Source: an uncultured Bacteroidia bacterium | Lineage (GTDB): Bacteria; Bacteroidota; Bacteroidia; JAFLBG01 | Length of the DNA stretch: 64,000 bases | Reading direction: 5' to 3' | NCBI GenBank assembly: GCA_964593555.1 | Contig: CAZQIC010000007.1 | Coordinates: 6,226-70,225, forward strand | Part shown: piece by piece, positions 10,201-20,020 of the stretch | Numbering within the stretch: position 1 is the first letter of the stretch | How the letters are laid out: every line of letters begins with the position of its first letter | Translations under genes and position numbers: made by a program | Notes under the pieces: model-generated | What the model was told of the DNA's origin: nothing | Database searches by the model: none | Seen by the model: the letters and a program-made list of their open reading frames with translations, nothing else

Positions 10201-12098
10201 CCAACTGGGTTAGCATTATTTTTTTGATGTGCACATCCCCATGCAGGAATACCATTCCCATAAACCTCTCCACTAATAAAAATATCATCCGTATTTTGGT
10301 CTACCCGAATTCCAGTTGATTCAATATTGGTTCCGAAATAAGTGAACCATTTTACGAACGGGGCTCCCGCAGAATTATTACTACCATCAAACTTTATAAT
10401 ATATGTTGCACCACCAGAGGTTGCATAAGTTGTTTGAAAAGCTCCAGGTGTAGGAGAAAATTGAGTTATTGGATTGCCAAACCAGGCGTGGCCCGTCACC
10501 ACAATATCTCCTTGTGAATCAATTACAACATCTATACATTTATCTGCCCCCCTGCTTCCCAAATAAGTTGACCAAGCAACATTGCCATTGTTATTAAACT
10601 TTATAACTACACCTTCTGTTGTAGCTGTGGTATTGCTTATTGTACTCCCGTTAGTAACAGGGAATCCCGTATTCCCGACTTCAGCCGTAAGCCCTGTAAC
10701 AACTGCATTACCGTTTGGATCTACATCCAATCCGGTAGGGCGATCTGCGACATTGCTCCCAATACATGTTGACCATACAACAGATGTTGCTGAAGAGTTA
10801 AACTTTGCAAGAAAAATATCACTGCCTGTAGTAGCAGTTAGTGTTGAAGGAAAAGAACTTCCCGCAACACCTGTCAACAAAATATCGCCTGCAAGATCAA
10901 TTTCAACATCAACACCTTCATCTGAACCTGTTCCTCCATAATAAGTGCACCATTGCCTAACACCACTATTATTAAACATCGCGACAAATGCATCACCACC
11001 TCCTGCAATAGTTGGACGAATTTTACCTACAGTTCCCGGGCCTGCCGATGCAGTTGATCCCGCCAAATAAATATTATTAGATGGGTCAATTGTTATACCG
11101 TTTCCTCTATCCGCTCCCGCTCCGCCGAAGTAAGTGCAAAAAACCAAACTACCTGCAGGAGCAAGACTAAGTAAGTAAGCATCGGTGCCGCCGGCCAATG
11201 AAGTTGGGCCAACAGATGTTGGAAAAGGATTCGACGTGGTGTACCCTGTACTAATTGCATTACTGTTATTATCAGAATCAATTGCGGTTGGTTTATCATC
11301 ACCGGCGCCGCCATAATATGTCACCCACGTAGGATCTATGATTAATGGATAAGATGAATTATAAACACCGAATTTGAAACTCAATATGTTTTCTTCCAAC
11401 ACATATTCTGCTTTCACATCTATAATGTCACCATTTATGGTTTGATAAACGCGCGGCATCCATTCTGTCATTTCTCCAACAACAGTACTGATTTTTATTT
11501 TTTGATCCTCTAATTTTATTTCTTTCGCACCTTTATATTCAAGTTTTATATTTGTCGGATCTCCACCCGAGTTTACGACAATATCATATTTTAAACTTCC
11601 TTGTTTACCACCGTAATATCGAACATCAATGCCATTGTAAATATTTTTCTGACACACTTCATAATAACCTTTTACATCAGTGATCCCCTGTGGACAATGA
11701 GCCAAATAAAAATTGTATTTGCCATCTGCTTCTTTATATTTTTCGATATAAGAAGAAGTTGAAGCGCCCACAAAATTCACGTCCACACGGTTTACAACAA
11801 TTTCTTCCGACTCGGAGGGAGCCACTTCTTCTTCAGAAATTTCTTTCGGCTGACAAATGACATAACTTAACCCGCCATCACGAATGTAAATTCCTACTCC
11901 ATTGTTTTCACCTTTGAATTTAATATCAGAACGGATATTACCATTCGCATCAACAACCTGCCCTTTATTCTCTAAAAATTTTATTCCGAAAGCGGATTCC
12001 GAATTGTTATTTGCATCATTAGAAGCAAACAACGCAGAAAAAAAAGTTGATGAGAAAAAAATAAGAAGTATACGCGCGGAAAAATAATTTAATTTCAT
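7266..12098 (-). CDS. Giant adhesin-like T9SS type-B cargo (SBBP propeller repeats, PKD, six SprB-type repeats, two PKD, type-B CTD)
   Basis: 1610-aa ORF with ATG start and a signal peptide. It carries an N-terminal FLENKGQV motif and repeated W.TYYGG..D.G..I..D..GN.Y..G.T.S..FP units (SBBP type). CxGxxxG...PYxYxW...TVTDxxGC repeats follow. The C-terminus is PNSFSPNKDGKNDVF...YNRWGELIF...GWNG...DVYVWK. Confidence 0.85.
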   Translation of the reverse strand: MKLNYFSARILLIFFSSTFFSALFASNDANNNSESAFGIKFLENKGQVVDANGNIRSDIKFKGENNGVGIYIRDGGLSYVICQPKEISEEEVAPSESEEIVVNRVDVNFVGASTSSYIEKYKEADGKYNFYLAHCPQGITDVKGYYEVCQKNIYNGIDVRYYGGKQGSLKYDIVVNSGGDPTNIKLEYKGAKEIKLEDQKIKISTVVGEMTEWMPRVYQTINGDIIDVKAEYVLEENILSFKFGVYNSSYPLIIDPTWVTYYGGAGDDKPTAIDSDNNSNAISTGYTTSNPFPTSVGPTSLAGGTDAYLLSLAPAGSLVFCTYFGGAGADRGNGITIDPSNNIYLAGSTASAGPGTVGKIRPTIAGGGDAFVAMFNNSGVRQWCTYYGGTGSDEGVDVEIDLAGDILLTGVAGSSFPSTLTATTGSDIFLAKFNSSATSVVWSTCIGSNVADRPTGLDVDPNGNAVVTGLTAEVGNTGFPVTNGSTISNTTATTEGVVIKFNNNGNVAWSTYLGSRGADKCIDVVIDSQGDIVVTGHAWFGNPITQFSPTPGAFQTTYATSGGATYIIKFDGSNNSAGAPFVKWFTYFGTNIESTGIRVDQNTDDIFISGEVYGNGIPAWGCAHQKNNANPVGLGDEDHLMARFDKDGNFLCDTYIGGNSHDEVLFANFSDVVGGRIAIAKNGSAYLTGSSMPKAGTWAFPVVNGVQMISGGGTYEAVVISICAYSCGKNKVIPSFSASKTSVCPNEAITFTDNSVICDRKKVDWLWSFPGATTASSTDQSPSGISYPANGTYSVKLVITTPCGTDSVTQQNYITVNSPMSVISAVNNVSCFGQNNGGGTVGSITGAAPFTYNWNVGGSNANISGLYAGIYSVTVTDNDGCTSTANLTVTEPPLLTLAAVQTNSVSCYGTASGIAGTIVNGGTNPYTYLWNTNAITSSISSLTSNTYSVTVTDNYGCTATSSIFITEPMPISVTVTPTAAKCNGSATGIAIANASGGTGTYSYNWNTNTIGSQLINVIAGVYTVTITDANGCAGIASDSIAEPTTITLRLATTYSHCNQSDGSASVVANGGTPGYSYSWNNLVTSGNNNFIPAGNYSVTITDNNLCTATGTVSVTNLNGVTANIASSTPTSCNGFCDGSAAAGYSGGIAPYTYNWNIGGANANIAGLCAGTFSVTITDSTGCTDVAVVNITQPMIINSALQSTPTSCFNGSDGSLSITNTTGGTAPYNYSWQSGSQTIISNGLTSGTYSVIVIDQNGCTGVFASIVTEPTQLIINTSDYTICAGASVALTASGSGATPTYNYSWISSSGGFATGASVNITPNVSSTYSVIITDSKGCTSIGYSSVTVNELPIVNFTSDVVSGCGPLCVAFTNQTPNAVTSNWNFGSGISAATGSTVNHCFDNPGSYSVALIVADNNGCSNSLTQNNYITVHPDPIAAFTANPNSVSVLEPKVHFTDKSVGAINWSWSFGDIVSSFSSIQHPTFDYRDTGSYMVTLLITNEFGCSASVTDIITVIPDYSFFIPNSFSPNKDGKNDVFIPLGIGWDIDTYEFYIYNRWGELIFTTDNPSEGWNGSVNNIGEAVQQDVYVWKIKTKDVNGKRHQYKGHVTLIR
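8289..9635 (-). repeat. Six tandem SprB-type Cys repeats of about 75 aa (coding) inside the 1610-aa gene
   Basis: Residues about 822-1270 by residue count. Units begin CFGQNNG, CYGTASG, CNGSATG, CNQSDG, CNGFCDG and CFNGSDG, and each ends in (T/I)(V/I)TDxxGC. Confidence 0.75.
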
Positions 12099-12119
12099 TA
12101 TCGGGGAATATTATACCTT

Positions 12120-12179
12120 CAAAAAAAGCATAAGCCCCATGAATTTTATAATAAAACTTGCTTTACAATTCTATTTCTA
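12120..12179 (-). promoter_or_regulatory. Copy E of the conserved promoter module (TAGAAATAGAATTGTA ... TTTTTTTG) upstream of the 1610-aa adhesin gene
   Basis: The minus-strand 16-mer matches the 57-61 kb consensus at 12/16 positions. TTA lies at offset 28-30 and TTTG at offset 56-59. The ATG is at offset 81, the same geometry as copies A-D. Confidence 0.45.
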
Positions 12180-12258
12180 AATCTATATACAATACGATTT
12201 TATGCCGAATTTGGCTCAAAAAGATAATCTATTTTTTTGTCTTTCTAAATCTACGCCC

Positions 12259-14517
12259 TCAATCCTTGATTATGCTTTTAGCAGTGATGAACCTCTCACC
12301 AACAATTTTTATGAAGTAAGTTCCTTTGGCAATGTTGTTGATACTAATTTTATAAGCACTATTATTCAACATGATTTTTTCCGAATAAACTGTTTGTCCT
12401 AATACATCCACAATTTCTACAAAAACATCTTCGGCAGCGGAGTATGCGGTTTTGATAAAAATAAAATCTTTGGAAGGGTTGGGATAAACAGAAACGGCAT
12501 TCGCGGTGTTTTCTTTTATGCCCACTGTAAACGCAACTGTCGTAGAAAATGTATCACTACCACAATCATTGTTTGCAATAAGCGTAACATTAAAAGGGCC
12601 ATTGCTTATATATTGGTGTGTTGGTGCGGCTTGTGTACTTGTTGTTCCATCGCCAAAACTCCATAATTGTGTTGTGTAATTACTTGATGAATCAATTGTA
12701 GCAATGTATGGGCTTGTTTGTGAAAAGATGGTTGAGAAATTAGCGATGGGCAGATCGGATGTTTTACAAAAACCCTTTCTTATGTAATTGTTTACGGCAT
12801 CAGCGGTATACTCTGTTCTCCAGTTGCAGCGACTTTGTTTTTTTGCTTCAGTTAAAAAATCATCAAGCATAGGTGCACCACCCAGAGAAGTTTGATATGA
12901 TGCAATTGTTCTTTCGGGATCAACAAACTGCACTCGCCTTGCAAGTGCGTTGGATTCGGCAGATTCGGCTTGCCATCCACTTAAATCAAACTCCTGAAAA
13001 GGACTGTCGTTCCTGAACCATGACGTTGCCGAACGATTAGAATAATATGTATTGCCAGAAAAAATATAATTGGAAGCTAATGTGTCGCGGGTAATATTTA
13101 CAACGTAACGATTATAAACTGTATCCTGGAAAATATTATCCTGTACAATAACACTATCCCATTCACTAACACATTCTCCTCCGGGAGGACTGGAAGGAAA
13201 ATATTTTACCATTTCCAATGAAGTTCCGTTCCAGTTGTACGAAATATTATTTCGCATCACCATGTCGGCATTATTTACTTGCCTGCAAATAGTATAATTA
13301 TGAAGCTTAGGAACTGAGTTGCTAATGGCATAGGCATAGCCGGGGTTAGTTGATTTGTGAGCAACAATATTATTTTCCATTATACCATGAACATTTGGCT
13401 GCATATTCAACCCCCAGCCCCTCGGTGAGCCATTTATGTCTCGTGAATCAAGCACTACATTGTTTTTTATATGACATGAATCTCTGCGGCAAAATGAAGC
13501 AATAGGGTTTTGAAGAAATAAATTATTATCTAAAATTCCTCCCGGCCTCATCTGGCAGCCATGGCTGGATGCGCGCGCAATTATATTTCCTCTTACCACC
13601 ACATGTTTGCTGCCGGGTATACCTGTGGCAGTATCCGTATTTTCATTCAAATACATATTATGATTAAAAATGGTTGCGTATGCTCCAGGGATAGTATCGT
13701 GCCAACCGTTGTGATCGAAAATATTTTCTTCTATCAATAATCCATCAATGCCCGAAATATACATGCCAGATGAATGAAACCCGCCTGATTTACCATATTG
13801 ATTTGCGATGATACTCCTTCGTATTTTAAAATTGTACATAGCCCCTCCGTTGCGTTTCGCATAGTCTCCATCAACTGAAATACCGCCTCCGAAATATTCA
13901 AACACACAATCTTCAAGTAAAATATTTCCGCATAGCACTGCGCACGAAAGTCCGCCTATGCCCCGTGAAGCAACGGAAGGTTTATAATCTGGATGATTAG
14001 GATTACGGCCGCTGCAATTAAAATGTATACCTGTGATAACTAAGTTGAATTGTCCGCTGTCACCGGCAAACACTATCGCAGCTCTCATGGTATCTGTATT
14101 TATCACAGGTCTTGTGAAGCAGGAATCGCCATACGTTCCTAGCACAATCGGCTCTGTGGCGCTTCTTCCATTTTTTGCAATAGGCGCCGTTGCATCATTG
14201 GTAAGTCCGGGATAATTCAAATTAGTTGGCCCCAAAAATGTAGCTTGAAAAGTATCGCCTCGCATAAGCAGCACCCAATCAGGATAACGGTTACGAATTA
14301 AGCTCATTCCTGCTTGTATAGTTTTTTTAGGTTGGGATGGAGACACCCCAGTATTGCTATCCTTACCTGCTGAGTTGCTTACATAAATAATTCTGCTATC
14401 GGAACTCGGAGTTAAAACCGTCCAGCCGTTACCGTCCAACGGAAGTTGGGCAAATGAGGCGGATGTTATTAGAAGAAAAAATAGTAGGGCTTGACATGGA
14501 GAAAATACAGCTGTCAT
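12259..14517 (-). CDS. Right-handed beta-helix protein with PKD domain and T9SS type-A CTD
   Basis: The long Asn/Gly-rich central region looks like a parallel beta-helix (pectate-lyase-like fold). It has a PKD domain (LWSFGDGT...GPFNVTLI) and a type-A tail (VYPNPSKDFIFIKT...GTYFIKIVG...). ORF 14538 opens on TTG; the ATG at 14517 gives MTAVFSPCQALLFFLLITSASFAQ, a signal peptide. Confidence 0.7.
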   Translation of the reverse strand: MTAVFSPCQALLFFLLITSASFAQLPLDGNGWTVLTPSSDSRIIYVSNSAGKDSNTGVSPSQPKKTIQAGMSLIRNRYPDWVLLMRGDTFQATFLGPTNLNYPGLTNDATAPIAKNGRSATEPIVLGTYGDSCFTRPVINTDTMRAAIVFAGDSGQFNLVITGIHFNCSGRNPNHPDYKPSVASRGIGGLSCAVLCGNILLEDCVFEYFGGGISVDGDYAKRNGGAMYNFKIRRSIIANQYGKSGGFHSSGMYISGIDGLLIEENIFDHNGWHDTIPGAYATIFNHNMYLNENTDTATGIPGSKHVVVRGNIIARASSHGCQMRPGGILDNNLFLQNPIASFCRRDSCHIKNNVVLDSRDINGSPRGWGLNMQPNVHGIMENNIVAHKSTNPGYAYAISNSVPKLHNYTICRQVNNADMVMRNNISYNWNGTSLEMVKYFPSSPPGGECVSEWDSVIVQDNIFQDTVYNRYVVNITRDTLASNYIFSGNTYYSNRSATSWFRNDSPFQEFDLSGWQAESAESNALARRVQFVDPERTIASYQTSLGGAPMLDDFLTEAKKQSRCNWRTEYTADAVNNYIRKGFCKTSDLPIANFSTIFSQTSPYIATIDSSSNYTTQLWSFGDGTTSTQAAPTHQYISNGPFNVTLIANNDCGSDTFSTTVAFTVGIKENTANAVSVYPNPSKDFIFIKTAYSAAEDVFVEIVDVLGQTVYSEKIMLNNSAYKISINNIAKGTYFIKIVGERFITAKSIIKD

Positions 14518-14741
14518 AAATTTGTTTCCTACAAACAAAAGGTATCGTTCGAATGATTACAAACTTCATTGCAATAGTTATTAACTATCTGACAATTTTA
14601 AATATAATAATTTACCAATGAAATTTGTTACAATTTATTAAACGTCTGATATGACAGTAATATTTTATATTCGGCATAAACTTCTCCTAAAACAATCTCT
14701 TGTTTTATTCAGCTATTCGCAAAAAGAGATGCAAGGAATAA

Positions 14742-17105
14742 CTACATTATCAATGTAACATTTCCTTTATATACACTATTCCTGCCTCGGACTTGTAGAT
14801 TAATTCTCCAGACGTAAACTCCGGTGGACGAAACAGCTTCTTTGCCGATTACTGTTCCATTCCAACCAACACTAACATCAAAAGTAGAAAACACCAAATT
14901 TCCCCAGCGGTTATAAATAAAAAGTTCATACAATTCAATATCCTGATCAAACAAGTGAGGAATAAAAATATCATTCGCGCCATCACCATTCGGACTAAAA
15001 ACATTAGGGATAAAAAATAGTTTTTCCCACCCAACCCTCACCCATTGCTCTGAGGTATCCATACATCCGTATTGATTCTCTATTATAAGTTGGATTTTAT
15101 ATGATCCCGTGTCACTATAAATGAATGTTGGATTCGTATTGGTAGACGAAGAATTTTGTGGATCATTAAAACTCCAGAACCATTTAATCGCATCAGTGGA
15201 TTGATCGGTAAAGACAACAGATTTATTTACAAAAACAGGATTGGGATTTATAGAAAACACCGCTACGGGCTGAGGTAAAGTATTAATTGCAATACCATAC
15301 ATAGCACTGCAATTATTCGCGTCATTTACTTGTACAATATAAATTCCAAATGCAAGGTCGGTTGCAATGTTATTCGTATACCCATTACTCCAGCTATAAG
15401 TATAAGGATATGTTGCGCCACTAAGCTGCAATGTTCCGGAGCCTGTACTATCTCCTAAACAATGTGTATCCGTTGAAGTTATTGTTGCACTTAACGCAGA
15501 TGGTTGAGTAATAGTTATTATTGATGTTGAAATACAAAATATTGAATCTGAAACCGTAATGGTATATACACCAGCACTCAATCCTGAAACCGCTGTTGTT
15601 GTCGCTGTGCCAACGGACCAACTATAACTATAGGGTGCGGTACCGGAATTTATCATCACCTGCGCAAAGCCATCATTACCGTTATTACATTTTACATTTG
15701 TTGAAATAGTATTTACCGCAAGCTGCTTAACTGTGATCGACTTGTAAAGTGTATCTGAGTTACAGGAATAATCCAAGATCACACTCACGGAAAATGTCCC
15801 GTCAGCAGAAAAAATGTGATTCGGGTTTACTCCCGTTGACGTATTTGCAACTCCACTCGCTACGTCACCAAAACTCCAGATATAAGACACATTAACGTTT
15901 GTGGGTGAAGAGCAATTATTCGCGGCTATTACAGGTGCTGTGAAACTCACATTCATACAGGTAACGGTTGCTGTTACCGGTGCAAGTACCGGCCTTGTAT
16001 AATATGAAACAAAATTTGGCAGGCCGAGTGATCCGTTCTTCCCATTTAATGAAACTCCATCATCAACGTAATTACACGCTACGCCCAAAGCATTGGGATT
16101 ATTGATCACTCCTAGCCAGGTCGTGTCAAGGCGCACCACATAAATCTTTCCATCCGGCCCCAATTGCATTGCACCTAGCCATTTAAATGAAGTAGCCACC
16201 TTAACAGTCGATGCTTTTATGGCATTGTTTGATCCTGCACACAAATTCCATTGGTAAATATCTCCGAGAGATATTACTGCTCCGTAAAATTTTGTTCCGT
16301 CCGGGGAAAACTCACAACCATAAGGCCCTTCTCCCGCGTTGGCAAATTGCTGTGGTAATAAAAGTGCATTACTCACCTGTCCTGTTGAATTATCAAAATC
16401 ATACAGTTCAATACGATTTTCGGGGTCATAGATCGCAGCAGCTAGTTTTTTTCCGTCAGGCGATGCCTTAAGTTGCCCTGCTACATAACCATAGCCTGTG
16501 ATACCGGTATGGCTGAGAACAGCAACAGCATTTACACCTGCGGAAGTAACCAAAAAACTTCTGAAGACAGCAGAGTCCATATCGTGAGTTATGATCCATA
16601 AATCCTTATTGTTGCAATGCCTCACTGCAAGTAATTTTTCTGTGGAACTTGCAAACAAAAAAATATTTTTATTCGCAGTGACCGCACCAAGGGAACCGCT
16701 CGCTGTCATATCTACCTCTGAATACCGGATACCATTGGGTTGCCCTAATTCATCAGCAGTAAAAATAAAATACCTTGTTGAGCTTCCCGGTTGCTGAAAA
16801 ATAACTGCAGATTGCGTTGCAGACCAATGTCCCAACAAGCCCGTTCCATTTGTCATTACCAAATGATTCCTGTTCCATACGGTATTCCCATCCGTATAAA
16901 AAAGTAAATTACCGGCAGCATCAGATATAGAAGCGCTCCCTTCATGCGTATTGCATTGCCCTGTTGTTAGTGCAACGGGCGTTCCGCCGCCAGGAAAATT
17001 TATGCCTGCATTATGACCAAAATACCAATTCCAGGATTCTCCCTGCGTGTACGCTGTTAATGAATACAAAGAAAAAAATAATATGAGTTTTGTTCTTTTA
17101 AACAT
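14742..17105 (-). CDS. T9SS type-B CTD protein: shared N-terminal propeller-like domain, PKD, two SprB-type repeats, PKD, type-B CTD
   Basis: The N-terminal domain (WNWYFGHNAGINF...HEGSASISDAAGNLLFYTDG) is paralogous to ORFs 5530 and 17133. SprB-type units begin CNNGNDG and CLGDSTG. The C-terminus is PNVFSPNGDGANDIF...YNRWGNLVF...GWNG...GVYVW. The track start is GTG; an ATG lies at 17105. Confidence 0.8.
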   Translation of the reverse strand: MFKRTKLILFFSLYSLTAYTQGESWNWYFGHNAGINFPGGGTPVALTTGQCNTHEGSASISDAAGNLLFYTDGNTVWNRNHLVMTNGTGLLGHWSATQSAVIFQQPGSSTRYFIFTADELGQPNGIRYSEVDMTASGSLGAVTANKNIFLFASSTEKLLAVRHCNNKDLWIITHDMDSAVFRSFLVTSAGVNAVAVLSHTGITGYGYVAGQLKASPDGKKLAAAIYDPENRIELYDFDNSTGQVSNALLLPQQFANAGEGPYGCEFSPDGTKFYGAVISLGDIYQWNLCAGSNNAIKASTVKVATSFKWLGAMQLGPDGKIYVVRLDTTWLGVINNPNALGVACNYVDDGVSLNGKNGSLGLPNFVSYYTRPVLAPVTATVTCMNVSFTAPVIAANNCSSPTNVNVSYIWSFGDVASGVANTSTGVNPNHIFSADGTFSVSVILDYSCNSDTLYKSITVKQLAVNTISTNVKCNNGNDGFAQVMINSGTAPYSYSWSVGTATTTAVSGLSAGVYTITVSDSIFCISTSIITITQPSALSATITSTDTHCLGDSTGSGTLQLSGATYPYTYSWSNGYTNNIATDLAFGIYIVQVNDANNCSAMYGIAINTLPQPVAVFSINPNPVFVNKSVVFTDQSTDAIKWFWSFNDPQNSSSTNTNPTFIYSDTGSYKIQLIIENQYGCMDTSEQWVRVGWEKLFFIPNVFSPNGDGANDIFIPHLFDQDIELYELFIYNRWGNLVFSTFDVSVGWNGTVIGKEAVSSTGVYVWRINLQVRGRNSVYKGNVTLIM

Positions 17106-17132
17106 TGCCACTCAAATAAAATAATAGAATAA

Positions 17133-20012
17133 TTACCTGATCAGGTTAACATGACCGGTGTAGTGATGTATATGTTGATTGCCATCTTCGGTATATAATT
17201 TCCAAACATAAACATCTTGCTGTGCAATTGCATTTCCCTCATTCGCCCTGCCATCCCAACCCACCAAAGGAGAATCAGAATGAAAAATAACCTCTCCCCA
17301 TCGATCGAATATATACAAGTCATATTCAGCGGCATCGATCCCCGCTACAACAGGGAAAAAAATATCATTCAATCCATCAGCATTGGGTGTGAATGTATTT
17401 GGGACATAAAAAACATAATCTGTCGTAACGGTAATCATATCGCTGTAAGAAGCGCTGCATCCAAATTCATTTATAACAGAAAGTGTTACCTGGTATGATC
17501 CGGTATCTGCAGAATAAGTAAAAGAAGGATGCTGAACAGACGACGAGGAATTGGCAATATCACCAAACGACCAGTTCCAAAAAGCAGCGCCTACCGATTG
17601 ATCCGTAAAATGCACAGTTGGATCAAGAATAGTCGCTGCATGGGGATTGAATACGAAGTATGCAACAGGATTGGGATACACTGTAATAAAATTATTTTTT
17701 GCCAATGTATTTGAACAACCATTATTGTCGGTTATTGTAAGCGAAACATTATACGAACCTGGAGTTGTATAACAATTAGATGGATTGCCTGCAATAGAAG
17801 TACTATCATTTCCAAAATCCCACACCGCGCTCCCGCTTAATGTGGTGTTTATAAAATTTACACATAAAGGGCCGCACCCTTCTGTATCGCTAGCTGAGAA
17901 TACTACCTCTGGCAAAGGATATACTGTAAGTGTTAATGTTTGTGTGTCCGATGGACATCCGTTTACATCCCTTACCATTACTGTATATACAGTGGTTACA
18001 GTCGGAGATACTATTATTGATGAAGTTGTTAAAGTGCCAGGGTTCCATAAATAATTGTATGGTGCGCCATTGCCTCCAACAGCAATAGTTTGTAAGGTAT
18101 CGTTTTGATTTTCGCAAATAGCAGTCGTTGGTGAAACAATATTTACAATAATCGGAGGTGGCTCTGTTATGGTTATTCCCGATAACACTGTACAACCATT
18201 CATATCGGTTATTTGAACAGAATAGGTACCAGCAATTAAATTAGTTGCGGTTTGCATATTTATTAATGCTGAATGACTCCATGAGTATGAATACGCAGTT
18301 ACACCTCCGGACGGAATAACAGTTACAGTTCCATCATTTTCTCCACTACATATTACATCCTGCTTTACTATGCTGGCTAAAAGTTGTAGCGGCTGAGTCA
18401 AGCTTGTTGTATCTGTTTTAGTACAGCCTTTTGAATCGGTTATGGTTACAGTATATTGGCCCGCAAACAAATTAGTTGCTGTGTTTCCTGCTTGTCCATT
18501 ACTCCAGCTATAAATGTATGGCGCATGAGGACCGGTGGCATTAACCGAAAGGGTACTGCTGCTTCCCCAACATGGAATTGATGTGCCAGATAAATTTATA
18601 ATCGGGGGGATAAAAACGTTTACCATTACTGTATCATAAATAGTATCGCATAAGTTATACGCGCGTAAAATATATTGAGTCGATGCAGGCGGAGATGCAA
18701 GTGGGTTAGAAATAGTTGGATTGCCTATACCTGTTGTTGGTGTCCAAATATAATTGAGTCCTGCAACAGGGGTTGAACCTATTTGAGCAGAAGTACTGAA
18801 ACATATACTTGTATCTCTTCCTGCAATTATTGTCTTTGGTGCAAAAATCTTTGCATCAAAATAATTGGGTAGCCCTGCCAAACCTGTCCTCCCTGCAAGA
18901 GATGTATAATTGAATTGCATATTAGGATTTGTATAATTATTCGGATTGTGAATTACTCCTAAAGAATCATTGTTTCTATAAACATGAGAAAAATAGATTT
19001 TACCATCCGGTGCCAACTGCATACCATATAAATAGGATCCTGGAAAGTCAGTAATTATTTCCGTTGGAGGAATGCTGGGCGCAAAGCGCTGATAACGAAA
19101 AATTTTTCCGACCTGGGTCGAACCACCAACTAAGGTACCACCTGCAATATATAAAACAGAATCATTAGGAGAAAAACTAGCGCCATAATGAGCTTGCATA
19201 TTGCCAGACAAAATACGCGCATTGCTAAGTTGCCCGGTTGCATTATCAAAATCATACAATTCATTTTTCCCATACATAAAGGCACTTAAAATTGCATCAC
19301 TATTATGAGATGCTTTTAAGTATCCGGTAAATGCCACTAAATTACCCGGACTAGTACTTCCGATAACTGTAATTACAGGATTGGCTGTATCAATACCATT
19401 GCAGGTAACCAAAAAAGCATAATATTTATTAGTGAACTGTTTTCGGGTAATGATCCAATAGTCAATTCCGTTAGCATGTTTTGCTGCGGTAACTTGCTCC
19501 CGGGTAGTATCAACAAGAGCACGGTTTTTAAAACCTCCAACTATATCACCAAGTCCTCCGTTTAATGTCATGTCAACCACAGAATAATTTAATCCATCCC
19601 ATGGCCCCTTAGGCCCTGCAGGCCTTCCCAATGGAGGCAAAGGCGTACTTGTTATTCCATCTGTTGTAAAAATGTAATATTTGTTTTTGTCTCCAACATA
19701 AGGAGTAATAATTGCTGATTGAGTAGAGCTCTGATCTCCCAACAATCCATTTCCATTCGGCATCACAACATGATTTTTATTCCAAACCTTCAGCCCATCA
19801 GTGTAAAAAAGCAAATTGCCTGCTACATCACAAATGGTGGCACATCCTTCAAAAGTATTTATCTGTCCGTTCAGCAATGGTACCGGTGGAGTACCTCCGC
19901 CGAAATTAAGTCCTGCGTTACCTCCAAAGTACCATATATCGGCTTGCTTCTGAGCAAGCAAAATGCCCGAGAAAATAAAACTGTAAAAAAAAATAAAAAC
20001 TGCTCTTTTCAA
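17133..20012 (-). CDS. T9SS type-B CTD protein: shared N-terminal propeller-like domain, SprB-type repeats, two PKD, type-B CTD
   Basis: 959-aa ORF. The only start that keeps the signal peptide is a TTG 8 nt after the stop of the upstream 1556-aa gene. It has the N-terminal motif WYFGGNAGLNF...FEGCATICDVAGNLLFYTDG. The C-terminal 260 aa or so are nearly identical to those of the upstream gene. Confidence 0.8.
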   Translation of the reverse strand: MKRAVFIFFYSFIFSGILLAQKQADIWYFGGNAGLNFGGGTPPVPLLNGQINTFEGCATICDVAGNLLFYTDGLKVWNKNHVVMPNGNGLLGDQSSTQSAIITPYVGDKNKYYIFTTDGITSTPLPPLGRPAGPKGPWDGLNYSVVDMTLNGGLGDIVGGFKNRALVDTTREQVTAAKHANGIDYWIITRKQFTNKYYAFLVTCNGIDTANPVITVIGSTSPGNLVAFTGYLKASHNSDAILSAFMYGKNELYDFDNATGQLSNARILSGNMQAHYGASFSPNDSVLYIAGGTLVGGSTQVGKIFRYQRFAPSIPPTEIITDFPGSYLYGMQLAPDGKIYFSHVYRNNDSLGVIHNPNNYTNPNMQFNYTSLAGRTGLAGLPNYFDAKIFAPKTIIAGRDTSICFSTSAQIGSTPVAGLNYIWTPTTGIGNPTISNPLASPPASTQYILRAYNLCDTIYDTVMVNVFIPPIINLSGTSIPCWGSSSTLSVNATGPHAPYIYSWSNGQAGNTATNLFAGQYTVTITDSKGCTKTDTTSLTQPLQLLASIVKQDVICSGENDGTVTVIPSGGVTAYSYSWSHSALINMQTATNLIAGTYSVQITDMNGCTVLSGITITEPPPIIVNIVSPTTAICENQNDTLQTIAVGGNGAPYNYLWNPGTLTTSSIIVSPTVTTVYTVMVRDVNGCPSDTQTLTLTVYPLPEVVFSASDTEGCGPLCVNFINTTLSGSAVWDFGNDSTSIAGNPSNCYTTPGSYNVSLTITDNNGCSNTLAKNNFITVYPNPVAYFVFNPHAATILDPTVHFTDQSVGAAFWNWSFGDIANSSSSVQHPSFTYSADTGSYQVTLSVINEFGCSASYSDMITVTTDYVFYVPNTFTPNADGLNDIFFPVVAGIDAAEYDLYIFDRWGEVIFHSDSPLVGWDGRANEGNAIAQQDVYVWKLYTEDGNQHIHHYTGHVNLIR

Positions 20013-20020
20013 GATTGTTA

